From Clostridiales bacterium (lineage in GTDB: Bacteria; Bacillota; Clostridia; Caldicoprobacterales; Xylanivirgaceae), in contig JAAZLT010000178.1 in assembly GCA_012799205.1 (NCBI GenBank), positions 13,213 to 77,212 of the forward strand: DNA of 64,000 nucleotides. Direction: 5' to 3'. Below are positions 28,850 to 37,261 of this stretch, piece by piece. The position numbers were made by a program, and so were the translations under genes. Every line of letters starts with the position of its first letter. Position 1 is the stretch's first letter. The notes beneath the pieces are model-generated. The model saw only the letters and a list, made by a program, of their open reading frames with translations. It was not told where the DNA came from and did not search any database.

Positions 28850-29136
28850 ATATGATGATATGCCCATATATAATGCTACAACTAAAATTTCATACCTAAT
28901 TAACAGGAAACTATGAATATTTCCATAGATCAATAATATGAATGATGCAAACCTTATAATCTAATTTCTACATACATTAAAGCTTTATCCACTAAACTGA
29001 TTTCAGTATAATATTCTCTGTCTCATTTTCCCATATTTATTTTGAAAATTCCCTTATCTTATGCTAAGATAAGAAAAATAAGATTATTTGTCTAATTTAG
29101 AGATATCCTGACGACATAGGGGGTAAGATAGCGCCT

Positions 29137-30474
29137 ATGAAAACTATCAATAGACAGTTTTTTATATGCATACTAATTGGCCTTTTGGCATTTGTAGTGT
29201 TCTTTGGCTTTCTATTTCATTTTCATATTTCAGATATTTTAATGGATACAAAACAAAAACAGGAAGATAGTGCATACAAAATGGCCATCCGATTAGAGGA
29301 AAAACTCCACCAATCCCGTGAATGCCTTGAGATGCTCGCCACAAATCCAGTAATAGGAGATGGCGATCCTCGATGTATAGAGGACTTGCTTACTAATATA
29401 TCAAGCCGCTCTCCCTTATACAGAGGGCTAATTGTGACTAATCATGATGGATATTTAATTGCTGAGGCACCCCAAGATTTAAAATTTAGTTGCCCAGACA
29501 TAAATAAATTACGCTCACTACTGACAAAATGCGATTTAGCCTACATAACCATTGCAGATAAAAAAGAACATGTATTTGTTAGTGCAGCGCAGGTATCTAA
29601 CCCTAAAGATAAAGGACAGATAATTATCGCATTACTAGATTTAGATTATGTCGCAGAAACTGCCATATTGGAGAATAATTCTTCCGAGATATCTATATAT
29701 ACTGGCTCTGATACTGCAAAAATTTTGTACACTCCTGAATATAGCCCGGAATCTTATCCAATTCCCGCTATTTTAAATATAATTGGACGCACAATAAAGA
29801 AAAAGGCCTCCCCCTATCTCGTGGGGACAGCCTCTATGACAAAACCAAATTGGGACATTACTATTATAAAATCCTTTGAAGCTTTTTTATACGATAGTAT
29901 GCAAACAGCTTCCTTGGGGTTTCGTTTTTTCTCGTTACTTTCATTTCCAATCCTTATTACGCTCTTATTTACGATACTAATAATTAATTTTTCTCGTAAA
30001 CATTTAAAGGAATTAGCCATTAGAGATGGCCTAACAAATCTTTACAACCATAGATTTTTCCAAACCGAATTGCGCAATATCATAAGTAGCAATAAATACA
30101 AAGAAATATCGCTGCTCATGATAGATCTGGACAATTTTAAGCTTTATAATGATTGCCATGGGCATCTAGCGGGAGATGAGGTTTTAAAGGATATTTCCCG
30201 TATTTTCGTTCAAAATATTCGAAATACAGACATTGCAGCCCGCTATGGAGGTGAAGAATTCGCCATTATTTTACCAGATGTCGGTTTAGAAGAAGCCACG
30301 AAGATTGCAGAGCGCATAAGAAAGACTATAAAATCTAATTGTCCATGTACGATTTCCATAGGGATATCTTCATTCCCAAAATATGCCTCTACCGCAGAAG
30401 AATTAATTAGTAGGGCTGATGACGCACTTTATAGAGCCAAGAATATATCAAAAGATAGAGTAGAAAAATGCTAG
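29137..30474 (+). CDS. Membrane-bound diguanylate cyclase with extracytoplasmic sensor domain
   Basis: 445 aa with TM1 at the N-terminus, a ~230-aa periplasmic-type (Cache-like?) region and TM2. The GGDEF domain has DGLTNLYNHR, the active site GGEEF and HLAGDEVL. Confidence 0.85.
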   Translation: MKTINRQFFICILIGLLAFVVFFGFLFHFHISDILMDTKQKQEDSAYKMAIRLEEKLHQSRECLEMLATNPVIGDGDPRCIEDLLTNISSRSPLYRGLIVTNHDGYLIAEAPQDLKFSCPDINKLRSLLTKCDLAYITIADKKEHVFVSAAQVSNPKDKGQIIIALLDLDYVAETAILENNSSEISIYTGSDTAKILYTPEYSPESYPIPAILNIIGRTIKKKASPYLVGTASMTKPNWDITIIKSFEAFLYDSMQTASLGFRFFSLLSFPILITLLFTILIINFSRKHLKELAIRDGLTNLYNHRFFQTELRNIISSNKYKEISLLMIDLDNFKLYNDCHGHLAGDEVLKDISRIFVQNIRNTDIAARYGGEEFAIILPDVGLEEATKIAERIRKTIKSNCPCTISIGISSFPKYASTAEELISRADDALYRAKNISKDRVEKC

Positions 30475-30547
30475 GCATGGCTACTCTATTGTATATGCTA
30501 ACATTTGCACTTTAGTAATATTCCCCAATAATCATTGATATAAGTTT

Positions 30548-31076
30548 CTAAATCGGAAAGTATAAGTATACATTAGGAGAATAACCTTCCTTCATAAGTT
30601 CAAGATTTATAATCAGTCTACCTGTTCTGCCTTTTCCATCTACGAATGGATGTATGGATTCGAATTGCAGGTGAAACATAGCAATCCTTTCTATTAAATG
30701 CTTATTTTCTATGTTTTTCTCATATTCTTGCATTAACTGTTCCATCAATACTGGTACTAGGTATGGTTGAGGCGGCTCATGTATGGCTTCTGAAATAGTG
30801 ACCGGGAGTCGCCTATATCTTCCCTTATCTTAAGGTTTGTCCACCAAAACTATGCTCCGATAGCTTCTAGATGTTCTCTCAAAGATTTTTTATCTATTGT
30901 AACTCCCTTTTGGAACACAAGGGTGGTTTCATATAGTGTTAGGGTATTGCCCTCGATTGCATTGAAGTAATATGTAAAGTCTATTAGAAATTCATCCCTA
31001 ATCCTTTTTACTTCACCCTCAGTTAAAAGATTGTAGTCGGTCAGTTCGTTGAGCAGGTTATTTTTTTCTCAAACAT
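30548..31076 (-). pseudogene. fic: fic pseudogene (decayed copy of 27379-28125)
   Basis: It is nucleotide-level alignable to the intact fic. It has an in-frame TAA where fic has CAA (GACAAACCTTAAGA vs GACAAACCTCAAGA), an internal deletion of ~90 nt, and a replaced 3' end. The motif reads HPFVDGKGRTGR. Confidence 0.85.
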
Positions 31077-31270
31077 AAAGCTCCTCCAATTCATACATGT
31101 AAATTATCGTCAAATTATCCAAACTTTATACCTATGTTTCATTATGAAATACCTTTTAATAGCCCAGAGTTTATCAAAACAATAACAACTGATTCTAATA
31201 TCATTATAGCATGCTTAAAAGAACTATCCTGTTAAAATGGTATAAAGAATAGATTAGGAAGCTCATTCCC

Positions 31271-31298
31271 TGACTTTACAGGCAATATGTGATATAAT
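31271..31298 (+). promoter_or_regulatory. Putative extended -10 promoter of the MTase/helicase operon
   Basis: TGACTT-16 nt-TATAAT with a TGn extension (TGATATAAT at 31290-31298). It lies in a ~390-bp AT-rich non-coding stretch. Confidence 0.45.
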
Positions 31299-31469
31299 GA
31301 TACTAGTCTAGACATACAGTTCTAGAGATTTTAGTCATATACCTTTATTATTTCTGTATTAGGCAATCTAAAACCAATTTAAATTTATGATTTTAGCCTT
31401 ATATAAAATTATATACTATTTTTATTGCAAGTCATACTATATTTAAAATCCAAAAAGGAGGCTTGCCTT

Positions 31470-32135
31470 TTGGAAAAAGCAAATGAACAAATTAAATCAA
31501 GACAAAGGGTTACAGACCATGGAGAAGTTTTTACTGCCGAAAGAGAGGTCAATGCCATGCTGGATTTAGTCAAGCAAGAAACGGAAAGAATAGATAGCCG
31601 ATTTCTAGAGCCAGCGTGTGGAACAGGCAATTTCCTTGAGGAAATCCTACGGAGAAAGTTAAATGTGGTAAAAAGTAGATATTCAAAGAGTAAATCAGAT
31701 TATGAAAGATATTCCATAGTGGCTGTTACTAGTATTTATGGAGTTGATATTTTAGAAGATAATATTTTAGAATGTCGTAATCGAATGTATTCCATCCTAG
31801 AAAAACAATATAAAAAATTATGGAAAGAAGACATGGGAAAAGAATATAGTGAAGCTGTAAAATATATATTAACCAAAAATATTTTACATGGCGATGCTCT
31901 ATCTATGAAAACTCTTGACAAAAATCCAATTATATTTTCTGAATGGACTCTAGTAAGCGGGAATATGATAAAGCGTAGGGATTATCGCTTTGATGAACTA
32001 TTAGAAGGAAACCAAGATCAACGATCAGTTTTTACTATGGAGTGGGAGTATGATGAAGAGATACAAGCCTTTATCCCAGCACCCATAAAAGAATATCCTC
32101 TTGTGGACTATAGGAGGGTACAATATGCTGAATAA
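31470..32135 (+). CDS. Short DNA-methyltransferase-like protein with SAM-binding motifs but no catalytic (D/N)PPY motif
   Basis: The TTG at 31470 lies 8 nt after AAAGGAGG; the track start at 31425 has no RBS. Motifs: GEVFTAEREVNAMLDLV, motif I FLEPACGTGNFL (31605-31637), IYGVDI, NILHGDAL. There is no NPPY-type tetrapeptide. The stop overlaps the next start by 11 nt. Confidence 0.65.
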   Translation: MEKANEQIKSRQRVTDHGEVFTAEREVNAMLDLVKQETERIDSRFLEPACGTGNFLEEILRRKLNVVKSRYSKSKSDYERYSIVAVTSIYGVDILEDNILECRNRMYSILEKQYKKLWKEDMGKEYSEAVKYILTKNILHGDALSMKTLDKNPIIFSEWTLVSGNMIKRRDYRFDELLEGNQDQRSVFTMEWEYDEEIQAFIPAPIKEYPLVDYRRVQYAE

Positions 32136-33630
32136 GGATTTATATTCAAACGTGTATAATCCAGATGTTTTATCAACTTTAGCAAATTTATCAAGTGATG
32201 AGGTATTTACACCTCCCGAGATAGTAAACCAGATGTTAGACTTATTGCCAGAAGATTTATGGTCTAACCCAGAGACAACTTTTCTTGATCCCGCATGTAA
32301 ATCAGGCGTGTTTTTAAGGGAAATTGCCAAACGGTTAATTAAAAGTTTAGAGGATCAGATCCCTGAACTGCAAGAGAGATTAGACCATATTTTCCATAAA
32401 CAACTCTATGGTATTGCAATTACCGAGATTACAAGTCTACTTTCTAGACTCAGTGCATATGGTTCAAAATATGCCAATAGCATATTTTCTTTTAGCGAAT
32501 TTGATAATCCCATAGGTAATATAAAGTTTAATATTATTCCACATACTTGGGAACGTAATAAGTGTAAATACTGTGGTGCCTCAAAAGCAGAATACAAAAG
32601 AGATGACGAGTTGGAGACTCATGCATATGAGTTTATACATATAGAAAAACCAGAGGAGATATTTAAAATGAGATTTGATGTAATAATAGGTAATCCACCA
32701 TATCAACTAAGTGATGGTGGAGCTGGCGCTAGCGCTAAACCGATATATCATTTGTTTGTCGAACAGGCTATAAAGATGAACCCGAGATATTTAAGTATGA
32801 TTATACCTGCAAGATGGTATGCAGGCGGTAAGGGGCTAAATGATTTCAGGAGATTTATGTTAAATAATAATCATATTACATACTTAGTAGATTATGCTGA
32901 TTCCTCTGATTGCTTCACAGGTGTTAATATAGCTGGAGGTGTATGCTATTTTTTATGGGAAAGAGATAATGCCGGTGACTGTGAAATTATAAATATTAAA
33001 AAGAATAAAGAAAATAGAATGAAAAGGAAATTAAATGAGTTTCCCATGCTAGTCAGAGATAATATATCTGTAAAAATAATACGAAAGGTTTTAAAGTCAA
33101 CAGGTGCAGATATGACAGATATTGTTAAAGCAAGAAATCCATTTGGAATTCCTACGAATTTTATTAATAAGAATTCCAAGAAAGAGATTAAGGTATTTAC
33201 CTCAAGAGGGGAAACATGGATAAAAGAAGCAGATATTCATGATAGAGATAACATTCTAAATCGTTATAAGGTGATTACCACAAGAGCTATGTCAGGTGGC
33301 CACAAGCCTAGCTCCGATGGCGATTACATGGTATTGTCATCTTTAAGTATAATTAAACCTAAAGAGGCCTTCTCTGAAACATATTTATGTATAGGTGATT
33401 TTGAAAAAAAACAACATGCTAATAACTTGTTATCTTATGCAAGTACAAAATTTTTTAGATTTCTTTTACTGCAGGCATTAACGTCAATAAATATTACTAG
33501 ACAAAGATTTGTATTTGTTCCCCAACAAGATTTTTCCAAGTCTTGGACAGATCAAGAGCTGTATAAAAAGTATAATCTAAATCAGGAAGAGATTAGTTTT
33601 ATTGAATCAATGATTAGGCCAATGGAATAG
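32125..33630 (+). CDS. Eco57I-like (gamma-class) N6-adenine DNA methyltransferase with C-terminal target-recognition region
   Basis: ATG at 32125 after TAGGAGGG. Motifs: DEVFTPPEIVNQMLDLL, motif I LDPACKSGVFL, motif IV IIGNPPYQ (32692-32703), AKPIYHLFVEQA, ARWYAGGKGLNDFR. ~500 aa. Confidence 0.8.
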   Translation: MLNKDLYSNVYNPDVLSTLANLSSDEVFTPPEIVNQMLDLLPEDLWSNPETTFLDPACKSGVFLREIAKRLIKSLEDQIPELQERLDHIFHKQLYGIAITEITSLLSRLSAYGSKYANSIFSFSEFDNPIGNIKFNIIPHTWERNKCKYCGASKAEYKRDDELETHAYEFIHIEKPEEIFKMRFDVIIGNPPYQLSDGGAGASAKPIYHLFVEQAIKMNPRYLSMIIPARWYAGGKGLNDFRRFMLNNNHITYLVDYADSSDCFTGVNIAGGVCYFLWERDNAGDCEIINIKKNKENRMKRKLNEFPMLVRDNISVKIIRKVLKSTGADMTDIVKARNPFGIPTNFINKNSKKEIKVFTSRGETWIKEADIHDRDNILNRYKVITTRAMSGGHKPSSDGDYMVLSSLSIIKPKEAFSETYLCIGDFEKKQHANNLLSYASTKFFRFLLLQALTSINITRQRFVFVPQQDFSKSWTDQELYKKYNLNQEEISFIESMIRPME

Positions 33631-33632
33631 GG

Positions 33633-36578
33633 GTGATATTAATGACAGATAGCCAATTCTTTCCTCAACGACCAAAATATAAACCTATGATTTATGCTTA
33701 TAAAGATAGAAATTATCCCGGGCTGTTAAAAATAGGATATACAACTATAGACGTCAAAAAACGGGTAGAGCAACAATACCCTGTAATTTTACCGGATACA
33801 AAGCCTTATAAGATAGTTTTCGCCAAGCCTGCCATTCGGAATGATGGCTCTAGCTTTATGGACCATGAAATTCATAATAGGCTAAAGAAATCCAAGTTTG
33901 AAAATCCCGATGGAGAATGGTTTAAATGTAATGTAGATGAATTAAATGCAGCCTATATTTCTGTTAGAGATAGAGTAGAAAATATAGAAAATAGAACTAG
34001 AGATTTTCAAATGAGGCCAGAGCAAAAAGATGCAGTGGATAAGACCATCTCTTTCTATAGGAGTGCAAAAAGAGAATATCCTGATAGGGCCCCAAAATTT
34101 CTATGGAATGCTAAGATGAGATTTGGCAAGACTTTTGCTGCCTATCAGCTGGCTAAAAAGATAAATTTGAAGAAAATCTTAGTACTCACATTTAAACCTG
34201 CGGTTGAAAGTGCCTGGGAAGAAGACCTAATGACTCATATAGACTTTGAGGGCTGGCAGTTTATTAGTAAGAAAAACGAGTTTAGCGTAACAGATTTAGA
34301 TGAATCTAGGCCTATGGTGTGTTTTGGTTCTTTTCAAGATTTACTGGGAGTAGATAGGAATACTGGCGGAATTAAAGCAAAAAACGAGTGGATTCACACT
34401 ACTCACTGGGATATGGTTATATTCGATGAATACCATTTTGGTGCTTGGCGTGATAGTGCGCAAAAATTATTCGAAAAAGAAGATGAGGATGAATATGACT
34501 CCCTCGATATAGAAGAATATAAAGAAAGGGAAGCAGACAATGCCTATAATGAGACATTCTTGCCTATAACCACATCATATTATCTGTTTTTATCCGGAAC
34601 ACCTTTTAGAGCTATAAATTCGGGGGAATTTATAGAAGATCAGATTTTCAATTGGACGTATTCTGATGAACAAGATGCAAAAGAAAAATGGGGCAATAGG
34701 CCCGACAATCCCTACAAATCGTTGCCTAGAATGGTTATGATGACCTATAGAATGCCAGATGATATCAGGAAGATTGCTCTACAGGGAGAGTTTGATGAAT
34801 TTGATTTAAATGTGTTTTTCTCTGCAGAAGGAGAAGAGGATAATGCAAAATTCATATATGAAAATGAAGTTCAAAAATGGCTAGACTTAATAAGGGGAGC
34901 TCATCTTCCTGCAAATATTGATGATTTGAGATTGGGTAGAGATAGAAGGCCCCCTATGCCATATTCCGATGAAAGATTATTAAGTGTATTAACCCACACA
35001 TTGTGGTTTATGCCATCTGTAGCATCTGCTTATGCAATGAAAAACTTGTTACTTAAAAAACATAATACATTTTTTCATGATTACAATATAAATGTGGCCG
35101 CTGGACCTAGGGCAGGGATTGGATTAGATGCCTTGGCTCCTGTTCAAAAATCTATGGGCAACCCTTTAGAAACCAAAACTATTACATTATCTTGTGGGAA
35201 ATTAACTACAGGTGTAACTATTAGGCCCTGGACAGGTATATTTATGCTGAGAAACTTATCTAGTCCCGAAACTTATTTTCAAGCTGCATTTAGAGTGCAG
35301 AGCCCTTGGGTTGTAGATGGAGAAATGGGTAAAAAGGAAATCATGAAAGAAGAATGTTATGTATTTGATTTTGCTTTAGACAGAGCCTTGAGGCAAATAG
35401 CCGATTATAGTACAAGGTTGAATGTAGAAGAATCTGATCCCGAGATAAAGGTGGGAGAGTTTATAAAATTCCTTCCGGTGCTTGCTTACGATGGCAGTAC
35501 TATGAAACAGGTAAATGCTACAGATATATTAGATATTGCCATGGCAGGAACATCAGCAACATTATTAGCTAGAAGATGGGAAAGTGCTCTTTTGGTCAAT
35601 GTTGATAATGATACCCTTACACGACTTATGGAAAATGAAGAAGCTATGAATGCTTTAATGAGTATAGAAGGGTTTAGAAGCCTGAATAGTGATATAGAAA
35701 CCATTATCAATAAGTCTAATTCTGTAAAAAAGGCGCGTAAAGAAGGAGAGGATTTAAGTACTAAGGAAAAAAGGGAGCTTACTAAAGAGGAGAGAGAATA
35801 TAAAACCCTACGTAAAGAAGTCCAGGAAAAGCTTATTAAGTTTGCTACAAGGATCCCTATTTTCATGTATCTTACTGATTATAGGGAGAAGTCTTTGAGA
35901 GATGTAATAACTCAGTTAGAACCTGGATTATTTAAAAAAGTAACAGGCTTAAATGTTAGAGATTTCGAACTTTTAGTATCTCTAGGTGTATTTAATGGTC
36001 CCTTGATGAATGATGCAGTTTATAAATTTAAAAGGTATGAGGATGCGAGTCTAGAATATACAGGTATCAATAAGCACAAGGACATGGATATAGGTCTTTG
36101 GGATACAGTAATAAGTCCCGACGATTACGAGAATATGTTTAGGATGCAACAGGCCTCTCTGGGGGTCTCAGTTATGAGATCGGAAATAGATAATGAAATA
36201 CGCAAAACCATAGAAGACAAAGAAGAAATAAAAAATGGAAAAGGTCATAATGCAAAAATCCACGATATCAAAATTAAGGATACTATCAGTATAAATAGAA
36301 ACAATAAACATAAGCAAAATATGGGCCAATTAAAAGCTGCGGAAGATTCGGAAAAAGAATTATCTAATAAAAAGACTAAAGCAAGATTAGGGAATGACAC
36401 AATAGATTATACTGAAATTATCAGCAACGGTGATACAGTAGAGCACAATAAGTTTGGAAAAGGAATAGTTATGGCTATAGACAAAGAAAATAACCGCATT
36501 ACAATTAAGTTTAAATTCGGAGAGAAGATGTTTATATTTCCCAAGACTTTTGAAAATGGTTTCTTAATGGTAAAATAG
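33633..36578 (+). CDS. T5orf172/GIY-YIG-like nuclease domain fused to SF2 (ResIII/DEAH-type) helicase, with Tudor-like C-terminal tail; putative restriction/defence effector
   Basis: N-domain (aa ~18-110): MIYAYKDRNYPGLLKIGYTT..KKRVEQ..DHEIHNRL..DGEWFKC. Helicase: Walker A RFGKTFAA (34125), DEYH (34425-34436), LSGTPF, QAAFRVQSP. C-terminus: GDTVEHNKFGKGIVMAIDKENNRITIKFKFGEKMF. The true start may be the ATG at 33642 (GGGGTG RBS). Confidence 0.7.
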   Translation: MILMTDSQFFPQRPKYKPMIYAYKDRNYPGLLKIGYTTIDVKKRVEQQYPVILPDTKPYKIVFAKPAIRNDGSSFMDHEIHNRLKKSKFENPDGEWFKCNVDELNAAYISVRDRVENIENRTRDFQMRPEQKDAVDKTISFYRSAKREYPDRAPKFLWNAKMRFGKTFAAYQLAKKINLKKILVLTFKPAVESAWEEDLMTHIDFEGWQFISKKNEFSVTDLDESRPMVCFGSFQDLLGVDRNTGGIKAKNEWIHTTHWDMVIFDEYHFGAWRDSAQKLFEKEDEDEYDSLDIEEYKEREADNAYNETFLPITTSYYLFLSGTPFRAINSGEFIEDQIFNWTYSDEQDAKEKWGNRPDNPYKSLPRMVMMTYRMPDDIRKIALQGEFDEFDLNVFFSAEGEEDNAKFIYENEVQKWLDLIRGAHLPANIDDLRLGRDRRPPMPYSDERLLSVLTHTLWFMPSVASAYAMKNLLLKKHNTFFHDYNINVAAGPRAGIGLDALAPVQKSMGNPLETKTITLSCGKLTTGVTIRPWTGIFMLRNLSSPETYFQAAFRVQSPWVVDGEMGKKEIMKEECYVFDFALDRALRQIADYSTRLNVEESDPEIKVGEFIKFLPVLAYDGSTMKQVNATDILDIAMAGTSATLLARRWESALLVNVDNDTLTRLMENEEAMNALMSIEGFRSLNSDIETIINKSNSVKKARKEGEDLSTKEKRELTKEEREYKTLRKEVQEKLIKFATRIPIFMYLTDYREKSLRDVITQLEPGLFKKVTGLNVRDFELLVSLGVFNGPLMNDAVYKFKRYEDASLEYTGINKHKDMDIGLWDTVISPDDYENMFRMQQASLGVSVMRSEIDNEIRKTIEDKEEIKNGKGHNAKIHDIKIKDTISINRNNKHKQNMGQLKAAEDSEKELSNKKTKARLGNDTIDYTEIISNGDTVEHNKFGKGIVMAIDKENNRITIKFKFGEKMFIFPKTFENGFLMVK

Positions 36579-36771
36579 GTTATCCATATATTGTCTCATA
36601 TATATTCTATAGAGGGGCAATTTGGCTATTATCATGAATTAGTATAATAACTACCCTATCAAAATACGCCAATACACAAAATTATTTGCACACCCTGTTT
36701 TTACTGAGTAAGACAAGATGCCAGTTAAAAGATGTTTGTCTTGATTTTCACAGGGTGAATATCAAGAAATA

Positions 36772-36820
36772 AAAATCATGAAATCTCGATTATGTTCTCA
36801 TGATATTTCATGATTTTTTT
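36772..36820 (+). terminator. Stem-loop with T7 run ~190 nt after the helicase gene (probable operon terminator, potentially bidirectional)
   Basis: AAAATCATGAAAT-N20-ATTTCATGATTTT followed by TTT. Confidence 0.5.
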
Positions 36821-37261
36821 CGCCTTTGAGATAACATGCAACTATTTTTTCTCTAGCGTCTACTCTTTTATTGCTTTCCCAGTAAGATTATTTCTGATTT
36901 TATTCATATCTTTGGGGTTAGATGACCCTTGTCTAATGCACCCGAAGTTTTTCTATACCATAAAAGAGCTCGCCCGTTCGCCCATACTTTATAGGTTTCA
37001 AATAATCATTCTACTTCACTAAAATCTACTCCCATAATTACCTCCTCGGTAATTACTGCCATATCATCCTAGGCATCCATGAAATCTTCAACTGTGCTGT
37101 ATTTTGTTCCTGATATGATTTTAGTCAAAGGATCTAATGCACTGTATGTTACCTATATAAATATTCCCATCTGTTATTATATCTCATCCCCATCTATACC
37201 TAATTCTTTCAATAATTCTTTCTGCTAATAAATCACTATCAAATGCTACTAGTGTCTGATA

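Noticed and set aside
28771-28870. Searched upstream of bioY for a BirA operator (TGTTAACC-type inverted repeat)
   Set aside because: I found only loosely repeated TGTTTTA(G/A)AT(T/C)T segments and an AGATTT/AAATCT pair. Nothing matches the BirA palindrome I remember, so regulation cannot be called from sequence alone.
31425-31469. Track start (TTG at 31425) for the first gene of the MTase operon
   Set aside because: No RBS precedes it, and the encoded MQVILYLKSKKEACL is not MTase-like. The in-frame TTG at 31470 sits 8 nt after AAAGGAGG and gives a sensible N-terminus before GEVFT.
36810-37022. 70-aa plus-strand ORF after the operon terminator
   Set aside because: It starts inside the terminator T-run and has no RBS. 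The Phe/Ile/Leu-rich sequence is typical of AT-rich non-coding DNA.
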